NCBI GenBank assembly: GCA_022605425.2
Contig: JAKIMF020000001.1
Location: 62,001 to 126,000, forward strand
Direction: 5' to 3'
Source of the DNA: Hamiltosporidium tvaerminnensis FI-OER-3-3
Taxonomy: Eukaryota > Fungi > Microsporidia
DNA length: 64,000 nucleotides
Part shown: positions 49,581 to 61,200 of the stretch, piece after piece
Numbering within the stretch: position 1 is the stretch's first letter
How the letters are laid out: each line of letters begins with the position of its first letter
Program-made: the position numbers and the translations under genes
The notes under the pieces: model-generated
The model's database searches: none
Seen by the model: only the letters and a program-made list of their open reading frames with translations
What the model was told of the DNA's origin: nothing

Positions 49581-50699
49581 AAATATATGTGAGATTCTTA
49601 AAATAATCATTCGTATCTTTCTTATCAATTTGGTAATTCTTCAGCAAGATCACATTATAACGTGATACATTTATAAAATAATGTTTTAATTTAATCGTGT
49701 GAGCTTTCAAAATCCCAAATCTATTGAGGCCTTAATATATATGAGGTTTGCTTGAATTTTTGATTGTTTTACCAAAATCAAAGGCACCAGAAAAAGTACC
49801 AAGTACAACTGTATTAATATAAGAAATTTACATGTATTTCGACCAACTCTATTTCAAATAAAATATTTTACCTGCAATACCTTGATAGCGAAATATACAA
49901 GGCAAATATATTTTCATCTTTGAGATCAGCAGTAAAAATAAAATTAACTAGTAAAAATTATCATAAATTTCAAATCATTCAGTTAATAGATCATAGGAAT
50001 CCAAGGGAATGAATCGGGTATTAAAAATAGGCTCTACACCAAAGTATTTCTTATTTTTAATTAAACGCCCAAAAAAAGTAACTAAGATATTAATTGACTT
50101 ATTATGTTGATTATGAGGAGCTACACATGAAATTTTCAATAAGACTTAAGAAATATTATCATTTTCCCTTATAACTACAACTGGTTTACTCAACCAATGC
50201 CAGGTTTCAATCGAAATAGGTATTCAATTATTTTGCCGATTATAGCAAATTTATTTTTCAATCAACATCTATTTGAACCAGATAATGCTCCCTTCTTATA
50301 ATGCCAAAAGTTGTTGCTTAAAAAAGTTATTCATTTACGCTAAGTTTTTTCGTTATCTAGCGATTAAAATTACTTAAATATATGTATTTCAGTTAAATGT
50401 CAAACTCATCAAAAAAACCATTCCAAAACAACCAAAAACTTCACATAAAACTCCTAAACCATTAAGATATGTCAGTTTTAAATAAAAAATCCATTTATTC
50501 ACTTTACTTCCTTTTAAAGCCATTTTTTTATTTTTTAAGAGATAGAAATAACTAGGAAATAGAAAACATTCATCAAGAAGTTAAAAAGAAAAAAAACAAT
50601 GAAAAATATTACTCTAAAAGATATAAAAGGTATATGTTAAGAAATGGAGTTTTAATCATTCGTTTTGTTTTCAAGGCGCGATAATTCCTCATAATGCGG

Positions 50700-52110
50700 T
50701 TTTTTTAACACAATTTATCTATTAATTTATCGGCGCAGTTTCATCCCATTAAAAAGCCATCACAGCCACTTCTAGCAAACTCTTTACAAAGACTTTCACC
50801 GTAGAAGCCAACTACTTTACATTTTTTGGTCCTTTGATTGTCGTCGAAATCTCTCTTTAGTAGCATCATGTCACCAAGATAAAATTTTAAGCGAATGAAG
50901 TGCTGTATATCGACATCATTTATTTTAGGTTCTACATATTTTTCTGGTTAATTAGTGAGACCGTTAGAAAAATATCATTTTTATTAGATACATCATTCTC
51001 GATATCCACTTGATTTCCAAATATCATTTCAAACTTTGATGTGTATTATCAAGATAATCCCTTAACAACTTGTGTGATTTGCCTGAATACGGTTTGGGAA
51101 ATCACACAAACGGTTAACATAATATTTTACTAAAAAAAATGAGGTGGCTTCTTTGTCCCACCCTTTTTCAAGAAGTAAACCACAGAATGGGTTAATTCAG
51201 AGCTTATAGAATATTATGTATTAATTGCCTCTTCTTCGTATTTAACAGCATTTTTGCCTATACGATCCCTAAACGCTTCCATTTGGGTTTAGTTTATTGC
51301 TCTTCTCTAGGTTGAATAATAGCAAAGCACAATTTTTTTGCATAAATATACCCATCTTTTTTTGGCAAAATCCTTTCAAATTTATAGCAAGCTTGAGTAT
51401 AATTGTCTATTTGCTTTTCTTAACCTGTCTTTAATTTTAACGGTGGTTTGCTCTTACGGAAATAAAAGAAATATTGGGATCATCACAAATTTGTTTATTC
51501 GTCTGTTTACAAACCCCCTCCCGTTATCTGTTCGTAGAATACTAGGCGCATCTTCGAGAAAAATAAGATTATCAAGCGCATTTGCAATACCAGCTACTGA
51601 CTTTGTTTGCAATGGTACCCCAAATAAAAAAGTAGTGCGTACATCTAATATGTGTAGGATCCATTCATAGCTCTCATTATCTATCAAGTACTCCCGCATA
51701 TCAACAAGATTATCTGAATTCTTTCTATGAATATTTTGCAGTTATCGTCTGGATTTAATCTTTTGTTTCTAAGGTTGATAATGCTGACAATATTGGTCTG
51801 TTTTAACCAATAATTCTGTTCTAGTATATTTAAATCGCAGAATTTTTTTATAATTTTCTGGTGCATTGGTTTAAGTCAAATAGAACTGGGGGACGTATAG
51901 AAACAAAAATATTAGGTGGCGCTTCTTTATCAGAATCCGCTAAAACTTCTTAATGATTCTGTTAACCTTCGTCGTATATACCTTAGCACTTTCGATGTAT
52001 GTATCTGCCTTTTTTCAAAACCAACTTTTCTGATTACGATTCATATTGAATGATAAATTTCTTTAAATTTTAAAGTTTCTTAGGTCCTTCATTTCCATAT
52101 TTGTCACAAT
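50700..52110 (-). mobile_element. Decayed retroviral-type DDE integrase transposon (Ginger/KRBA2-SCAND3-like core)
   Basis: ERIQI..LVDMREY...YEWILHILDVRTTFLFGVPLQTKS..IANALDNLIFLEDAPSILRTDNGRGFVN matches the rve integrase core; downstream frames are broken; no LTR or RT seen; boundaries approximate. Confidence 0.75.
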
Positions 52111-52410
52111 CCACTCCATTTATACAAAAAATTTTACACGTTTAAAAAAAAATATATTTTTCCCTCAAAAACATGAATATAAACCGAAAAAATAGAACAC
52201 TCACCAGAAGAAAGTTTTCAAAAAACATTTTGATTAAGTTAAATTTATTTACGATTTTTTTAAATTTGGTTGTGGAATAGGATTATACAATAATTCAACA
52301 GAAATTACCAATCTTCGATATATGAGTATTTATAAAATAACCTATCAAATGACCGGGATTTATATTTCATGATTAAATAGAAAAGATTTAAGATTTGAAG
52401 AAATATTTAC

Positions 52411-52632
52411 ATACTTACTTATTCCAGTTCACTTGTATCTCACGGTGTCGAGGATGAACAAATGAAAATTTTCCATTTGTTTCTTTTAATATATTTGCCC
52501 TGAGATTATAGGGAGTAGACATATAGATTTAATGTTGTTTATATCCCATCAAAATGGCATCAATAATTTCTCTATCAATTCCGACATTCATTGCCAAGCA
52601 GCTACTTTAACGTAGTTATCTTTCTTTTACCT
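52411..52632 (-). mobile_element. Short SINE-like family copy S4
   Basis: Minus strand: ggtaaaagaaagataac...ctgcttggcaatgaatg...gatataaacaac...ccctataatc...aaacaaatgg...ttcatcctcgacacc...ggaATAAGTAAGTAT. Confidence 0.72.
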
Positions 52633-53469
52633 TGAAGAAAGTATTTATTATTGTTGAAGAGAATCATTGACTGTTGATTTATATAAAAACCAATTTAAGA
52701 TCAAACAAATTTTTTTATTAAATGCTTTTTACATGCTGTAACTATGGTATATATTTCCATATATATTTCACAAAAACATAATTTGCTTATCGAGAACAAA
52801 TTTAAATATTATTTACGTTAAAATATCTCATTTGAAATGTTTTTATAGGAAAAAAATCCGTTGTAAATAGGTGCTATGTTCCTTTTATATTTGGTTTGGT
52901 TTTTGTATCCACTTCTTTTAAATCAGCAACAAGATCTACTTCTGGCAGATGTGAAAAGTCATGGCTTGAAATAATTTCGAAATTTTCGCACATACAATAT
53001 ACATGCATATATACCAGGTAAACCAAGTATATTCAACAATACATTGATTTCATAGCAAGACTTAGATTTGTGGTATATTTCATTGCTATAAATTAGCCAT
53101 GTCTACCCGAAAGTCAGCATTATTCTAATATAAAATAACCTCTAGCATACCCTTATTATTTATTTCAAATAATAGAAATTTATGTTTAGAACGAAAGAAG
53201 TACCTTTTGATTTCTTTTTAAAGATTGGAAAGAAAATTAACTGTCTTATAAATTTGAATCAAAACCTTTCTTTTCTAATATTTTTTTACTTTGAATTTTA
53301 TTAGGATTCTTTTTTATTTGATCGTATAGTTTAAATAACAGTTTCTTAACATTTTAAAGAAGCCGCACATCTTTTAATCTGAAAATAGGTCTCCGCGCCT
53401 AATAAAATTGTTTCGATTTCGTTACAAATTTTTTCTTTAATATAAAATTTGTACATTTTATGAACCACA

Positions 53470-54823
53470 GATGCATTATGGGCAGTATAGGTAAAAAAAT
53501 ATGATACATCTTTGGCTAGGATGTAAAGAACGTTTGTATTTTTCTATAACAGAACTCGAAAGAGGCTTACATAGTGTTGAGTTGCGAGGCGAACATATGC
53601 TTCTGCAACTCTTGGATTTTCTAAAAATGCAAAGAAATATCGACCAGACAAGCAGCAACTTTAAATGTGGAAAATTCTAATAAAACCCACCTTGCATTGA
53701 TAAAATGCTTCTTAAAAGTAAAGTATAGGTTGGAAGAAGAAGTCCCTAAGAAGAATTTAGAAGAATCTCAATTTGCAAAACTATATATCAAATAGTAAAA
53801 CGAAAACTTAACTAGAAGTTATATAATGGAAGAAGAAATGAGCTTGTAAGTGATAGTGAATCTTCAAGATGGGTAAAGGAAGAGAACATTAGGCTACGCA
53901 ATTTTACAGAGCTCTGCTATACCCAAAATAGAAATGTATTCTGAGAGTAGAATATATGTCTACACCATAATAAATTTGGTATAAATTAGATCATCTGACT
54001 ACTGGATGTGAACTAAATGTCACACCATGACTTATCAGACGGCATAATGAAGTAGTCCATATCCAGCACCTTCTTTTCTTAAATAGATAAAAATTTAAGC
54101 TTTTAAAACGAAATAGAAGCCATTCATTCAAGAAATTTGTCAAAACGAGTATGCAGAGATAAGAAAGAATACCAGGACCAAAATCGATGCCAAAATCGTG
54201 AAAAATTTCCTCTATATAGTTATTTTTATAAAGAGAAAAAACAAGATTACACTTATCGAAGTAGGAATAACTTCCCAAGGTTCACTTCGAATAGTTGAAA
54301 AAGAAAAACTTAGAAAGTTGACTTGCTAGCTAATAAGCCGGGTCTTATTTATAAGTGCAATTTTGAAAAAATTCTATATGTGATGACTTGGAACGGTATT
54401 GTATCAGAATACCATAACATTTATCCTAAAAGACTGTAGATAACCATAAATGTGTATGCAAAATCCGGCAGATAGTGCACAAGAAAACAGTCGAAACAAT
54501 TTCCTTCGATCGACATAGAGGACCTGAGTCGGGAGAAATTCTGAAGAGAGCTGGGAAAGTGAGTCAAAGGGTGTTATAAATTAGTCAAGATGCCCGAGGA
54601 TCCACCACTTCCTTTAAAAGAATGACGAAGATGAGGTTAAACACCTTAAACAGAACATAATTCACCACTTATTTTGAAAAGAGGAACTACGTTTGATGAA
54701 CTGATGATAAACATAATGAAGAGTCTGATTTGGAAGAAGTTGCAACCCTGGTAAAAAAGGTTGAAGAAATGATAAAAATTGTAAATACATTATATCTCAG
54801 CAAATTTATTGAATTAAATAAAT
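53470..54823 (+). pseudogene. 5'-truncated decayed copy of the R4-like retrotransposon
   Basis: Colinear with 14860-13480 (GCKERLY, GLHSVELRGEHMLLQLLD, YVMTWNGIV, KKTVETISFDR); ends TTAAATAAAT; possible TSD CAGAT(G/A)CAT at 53468-53476 and 54824-54832. Confidence 0.92.
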
Positions 54824-54849
54824 CAGATACATAAAAATATTATTTTTTA

Positions 54850-56520
54850 ATCATGACTTCACGGTTGTTGCAAGTTTTTTCATAAATTGTAAAACAAGGC
54901 TCAACTTTTAAAAGAGATACAAGTAAAACAACATCTGCATTTAAATTATTGCTTGCTAACTTTTTAGGCATAAAAGTGATCAAAACATAATTTCACATAA
55001 CATGGTTGTAGTAAATGCTAGAAATAACTGCAATGCTTCTTTTGACATCTGTAGATACGTTCTAATTGTGTATTTTAGCCTTTTTTTATTTTTATTATTT
55101 AGTTCAATTTGAAAATGTTCTAAGTCTCGCATTCATATCAGAATGTCTTTTTTAAAATTACTAAGTATTCCTCATATCTAGGTCATATAGAAATGAAATC
55201 AAGCCATTTTTGAGTTTTGGTAATATTTCCGCAAAACAACATCCGTTAAATGATTTGAATAATAATTTCAATGTATTGTAATGTCGGGTAAAATCGTAAA
55301 TTTTTCATTTTTTCAACAATTAAGTCAGGCAAGGGAAAGTTCACGAAATTTCAAAGTCAACTCGATGTACCCAAATCCCCAGTTTTCCAATATAATAATG
55401 ATAATTTTTAACTAGCTTTTATATTTATACCAAGGTCTTGGATTAGTATATTCAATTCATTCATGTAGCTATATATATTTATTAAGTAGGCTAGTCTCGG
55501 AATAGCGTACATATTTTCGAAATCCTTTACTAACTCGCAATCTATATTATTCAGTAACTAAATAAATTTTCTCTGTAATTTAAAAACTTAGCCTAGCAGG
55601 TAATTTTTAGAAAGCCATTCTATTTCAATGAATATAGAAATTCGTCCATGTATATATCTTATTCAATTTATTCAATTATTAGGTTAAGATTTATAGCCTT
55701 TTGGGTTGTTCTCCAAGCAAAAACATGACAATATTGAATTAAATCCCTTATTGTAACTTGCGGTATTTACATTTTTATGGATGAGAAAAATTCAGCAGGT
55801 TTACCAAACACTGCCGGGTCTCGGTAACAATATTCAACCAATGACATTCAAGGGTAATTGATAGTAATAAAATAATTTATGTGATTGAAAAATTAAATAT
55901 CTCTCGCAGTCTAATTCAGTAACTCACAACTTATAAAGTACCTTATTGTTTATTTGTTTTATATATCGTACAAATATCAGCGGCTGGCCGCAATTATACA
56001 CATCAGCTAATTCATTTAATTCTAACATATTTTTAGTAGACAAACTTCTGTGTCATCGACTTTCACCAGTGAAATATCTTTACTGAGATCTTGAATTCGG
56101 ATAAAATGTATTGTTAAATATCTGAGTTCGCAGCATTATATTATGGGCTTTGGAATCTAATACTATTTGTGCCATTATTAATCAGCAAATTTATTTTTCC
56201 TCGACGATTTTCTGATGTTTTTTCTTTACACACAGATGGAACTCTTGATAAAACGCTTCTAACAACGGCTTTTAAGGTGCCTACTTTTATAAGTTTGTGA
56301 TAGTACTACCAGAATTAAATCGAGCTTTTTACTTCCGACTATTCATGCTGCATATCTTTACTACCATGTAGATTGTTAAAATGCTCTAATAACTTTGATG
56401 GTTTGAGATGTTGTTTGAAAATATCTTGAAACACAAAATGCATCGAAGTCGTGGCGTACCATCTTTTTCAGTTCAAAGATGATTTATATGGCATTATACC
56501 CATCGTTCCATGGTTATTTC
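54850..56520 (-). mobile_element. Decayed hAT (Buster; ZBED5/ZBED8-like) transposase
   Basis: Minus-strand fragments in the expected order: DGTPRLRCILCFKIFSN (BED finger), KPLLEAFYQ, RIQDLSKDI, ELNELADVYNCGQPLIFVRYI, RLAYLINIYSYMNELNILIQ, FTTTMLCE (dimerization domain); many stops. Confidence 0.8.
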
Positions 56521-59500
56521 CAGGGATAGATGAGTTACACATAATCGATTACATCGTTATTGGATAACATAAAAACTTTTACAGGATATAATTTTAATTA
56601 ATGAGGAAATTACTTACGTTTTTATTATCGATATATCCCCTCAGCATAAGTCACAGATATATAAAGCCCGTATAAATCAGTAAGTAACCTTCACACTCAG
56701 AATTAGAAATACCTACACGTATTCTTCTCAAAAAGGTTTTTGACTAAGTGTCGAAGGCATAAATAGCAAACCCAGACAGGGATTTTTGAGAGAGTGTTTT
56801 CGGGTTTAGTAATCTTTAGACTATTTCGCTGATACATACCGGAGCTTCGAAGAGCCCGACTGTCTATATGTGTGTTGGGAGTCTTAGGCATAGCAACAAA
56901 ATATATATTTCCTATATTTTTTTGTTTTATTCTTAATCTTTGTAAATTTGTATTTTGTTGCAAAAAACCTATAACTATATTTTATGTATAATCTTAAATT
57001 TTTAAGAAGGTATTCCCCTGCATTTTCATAAACAGCTTCCGACATCCCGGTTTAAAACATCAGATTTATTTATTTATATCTTTACTCGTAATTTCAAACA
57101 GAAATTATCAAAGTAAATATTAACACCTTTAGCCTAAATTTTTTCTTATCTTTTATTCTAATAATTTATATGGCTTATATTGATATTTTAGCCTTTGTTT
57201 ATAAATTTAGGCTAATTAATAAATGAACATTCATATTCTTAAACTTTCAATGAATAACATTGAACAAGAAAATATATAGACCAACAATCCTATTTATGTT
57301 TTTTTCCTACTCCTAATTCAAACATTACAAACCCATTCTTCTTTTACTAGCAGGTTTCTATTTGAAAGTTAAGCATTTATTAAAATTCGTATTTTTAATT
57401 ATTATTCTCAATGGAGGTTCTTAATATAAATATTTGTTATGATTCTACATCAAATATAGGGCAAATTGGTTAATTATGTTTCATTAAGATTTAATATTCA
57501 AAGAAAAAAATAATAAATTCCTTCAATGATGAATATCTATACCACTTACACATATAGGTATAAATATAAAGCAGCAATATTTCTTATAATAAATATTTAA
57601 TCGGATGTAAAGATTGTTTTCTTGACCAAAAGATCCTACATTTTATAAATTCGTAAAATATATTGAATAATTAAAAGAAAAATTGTTAAATAATAATCCC
57701 AAAATTTTTCTTAACAGCTGATTATCTCCATTGTTCATATGATAAAAGAAAGATTCATAACTAAATCAATACACTATTACGTAGATATCATGTAAATATT
57801 GAAATATTTTTTTTATTTGTATATTGATTTATTTCTCAAAACAGAAACAAAATACATAATTAATTGCCATACTGCAGAATTATACACGAATTTTTGTCAT
57901 TTTTTTTGATTGGTTAGGTTCGCTGTCAAACGCAATATATCGTAATCAAAGGATAAAGACTGTACCGGCCTGAAATAGAACTGTGCAGAAATCTTAGAAT
58001 ATAGCAGATATAATGTTAAGTTTAGAAATCACTGAAAGTGACTGTTCTATGAAAATTCATAACTAAAAAGTGAAAATTAATAGTTAGAACTTCAAATGAA
58101 AATGAGTAAGTACAAATACGATGCAAATATTTATTTTATTTCTGTTTTTTTGGATTGTTGCACCCAAAATATAGTAGTTTTTCTATTGAAGAGTTTTTAA
58201 GTTACTTCCCAGAAGATTTAATGATATTTTTTGTCTATCAAAAAGCAAAAATTTCTTACAAATTGATTCAAATTAAACACGTTAAAAACATACATGGACG
58301 GCATATGTCCTTATACTATGAATTAATTTGTAATGTACTCGCCCAGTATCCATGATACGCCTGGATATCTAAAAATCCCAACCAGTCTTCGAATAGAAAA
58401 CAGCTTCCTCATCTGGTAAAATTTTTTCGAATAGAACACCGATAAGGTACATAATGAAATAAGAAATAAGACTTTTGACTAATAAATCAATACAAGAAAA
58501 ATGTAAATTTAAATATATCTGCAAATAAGATCGATTTTAGACATAAGGGCTTTGCTTAAAATTCAAATCTATAGTAATTTATGTTTGTAATTGTCTCTTG
58601 AATAAAAATTACTAGATTGCATAAATTTCTGTTTTGATGCTGATTACATTTTAGAAAGCAAACTATCATGAAAATTATTTTTGAATTTAACAATTTTAAA
58701 ACAGTTTTCAAGCGCTTAATAAAATTTAAAAAGTCACTTATTTAGCAAAGCCGTGTTGAACAATCATTTGTACTTAAAAAATTTCAAAAAACTCAATCTG
58801 TAAGGTTTATCGAAACAGGGATATTATATATTAATGTAAAATATTTTTCTAATGAAAAAAAGTACGAATAAACATATATCATCTCTTTCAAAAAACTTAG
58901 CACTTCAAAACCCGTAAATTTCAAATCCTATGTATTTCTCCAAAATATTAATATATTCTGATCGACAACATCTATTTTGTGCACACAAATCGAACAAAAC
59001 ATTAGATTTCTTTGTAGTATATTTATAAACGGCGAATCAATTGGGAAAATATGTGCAAAGTGATCGTATAAATATAAATTTAAATCTATTCTTACAAGTA
59101 ATTAATTTTATATTCTCAAATTCTTTCGGTTAAATCTTAAATAATAGTCAAATTAATAATTCTTCAGGCAAGAATGGGCATCAAAAATAGATAGAAGAAA
59201 TGAAAAAGTTATTAATTCAATTTAAACCTTTCATATTATAAATTAAAACCGGTAAGGTGTGTTATTAAATGACAGGCAAAGTCATTTTCGAAATATAGAA
59301 AAATGTTTTTTGCTTTAATTTGTTAATTCAAATTTAATTATTTACCATTAATTGTATAAGCTAATAAAAATTATAATAAGAATAAGTTTAAAAAAGAAAA
59401 ATTGTACCATTTTGAGGAGAAAAAAGTCTTCTAATTATATTCATTATAAAATACGTTGCAAATTTGAAAAAAAATTAAGTATAAAAACAAAAAATTAATA

Positions 59501-60278
59501 TAAAAATATAGTTGTTTTGAAACTGATCTAACAAATTATGCTCTTTTTGTTAGATAAAGCAGAAATTTCATATCTATTATTGAAACTAAAAACAATCTAA
59601 ATCTTTATGATAAAGTTTGTCTATGAAAAATAATAATAGTTCGCAAAATTTATTATTCAAAAGTGATTCATATATTTAATATTATATTATATAAATATGT
59701 ATCATTCGATAGAAATACTAGAAACCAATTGACAGTAAAATTATAATTATAAATAAAGCTAGGTAAAAAATTTTTAATTTAAATTTAAAATTCAATGTAT
59801 ATTTTAGGAAAATGAATGCAGATCAAATTTGGTTATGAGTTACGTTTACAAAAATAAGACATGAAGCATATAATTTCACACGTATATAAACATTTGACTC
59901 AAATAATTACAATCATAAAAAACATAAAAAATATAAATTATTTATGATCCTGAGCGCTTGAAATGAAATTTGCCATAAATTTAACCTAGACTAGGAATAT
60001 TTCTATCGAATACAAAAAAATTCGTACTAAGTGAGCAACACAAGCCCTGTAATGCACATGTTTAGCTTTTTTTTAAAACTATACTTCAGATATACGAGAA
60101 GCAATTATTAATAATGAATGAATGTAACGATACTAACAAAAAGTAAGATGAAAGTGAATATCAAACCTTTTTCAATTTATGGGCAAATGAATGATACAAA
60201 TTTCGCATGCATAGAACTTGCACATAAATCATGAGAAAAGACATTTGAAATTTATAAATTTATAAATTTTATAATTAT

Positions 60279-60420
60279 TTTATTTAATAAAATTCTGGGT
60301 TAAATATTTTTTACCATTTTTATATGTTTTCTTCTACCTCTTTAACCACTATTGTCTCTTCTTCCAAATCCGACTCTTCATTTATGTTATTGGTCGGTTC
60401 CTCTAAAGTGGTTCCTCCTT
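60279..60420 (-). mobile_element. ~140-bp 5'-truncated young insertion of the R4-like retrotransposon 3' end
   Basis: Nearly identical to 13481-13626; flanked by the 28-bp direct repeat TTTATAAATTTATAAATTTTATAATTAT (60251-60278 and 60432-60459). Confidence 0.92.
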
Positions 60421-60473
60421 AATTTTATAATTTTATAAATTTATAAATTTTATAATTATATTTTAAAAAGAAA

Positions 60474-61200
60474 GGGAGGATAACCACATAAAAAACTTTC
60501 TGCTTGGCAATGAGTGTGTGAATCTGGTGTGAAGATCATTGTTTGGATTTTTGGTGGGAATACAACCACGCTACATCTTCGGTTGTTCCATGGGAGTTGT
60601 TATGAGGAGGAGAGGTCTAAGAAATGGAGAAACTTTTTCTACGAATTTATTTGTAGTTTTTTATGTAACCAGATTGCAGACCGCAGATGAACATGTAGGT
60701 AATTGCCATGTAAAAGCATGGAAACCTAGCCTTGCTCACTCGGGTTAGAAGACTTAGCGCCTGGGAGATATAAAAATATAAACCATCAAAAGCCAGGAGA
60801 GCTAAGTAGCAGGTTATACCTGTTGGTATGACATTGCACTGTCTAGGTGGACCCCATGTAAATCTCTGAAATATATCTTAGCTAGAAGTTTATTGGGTTC
60901 AGAAAGTGTAGAGTAAGTGGGAATGCTGCAAAGTCTTGGGGGAGCCCAGGGGGGGCTTCGGCCTTCGATCACACTCCATGCAACAATCATTAACGAACTC
61001 CGGGCAACTGCCTCGCCTATTAATTAGGTTCTACACACCTGGTAGATGAAAGGCTTTGGGACGTAGGTATCGCAGGGGTTACCGATGGAGTGTTGGGGTA
61101 GCAGTTATTTATGTTAAACCTAGAACTGCGTTAATGTCATCAAAACAAATATAACACTTGCCACTATTTTAAAAAGATGTGATATTTTTAAATAAATAGG
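60474..61200 (+). mobile_element. Long SINE-like family copy F
   Basis: Very similar to copy A; flanked by the direct repeat TTTTAAAAAGAAA (60461-60473 and 61201-61213). Confidence 0.9.

Noticed and set aside
49700-50500. Possible second ISXO2-like relic (VQID-like fragment on the minus strand at ~50270)
   Set aside because: Too few recognisable residues to support by eye.
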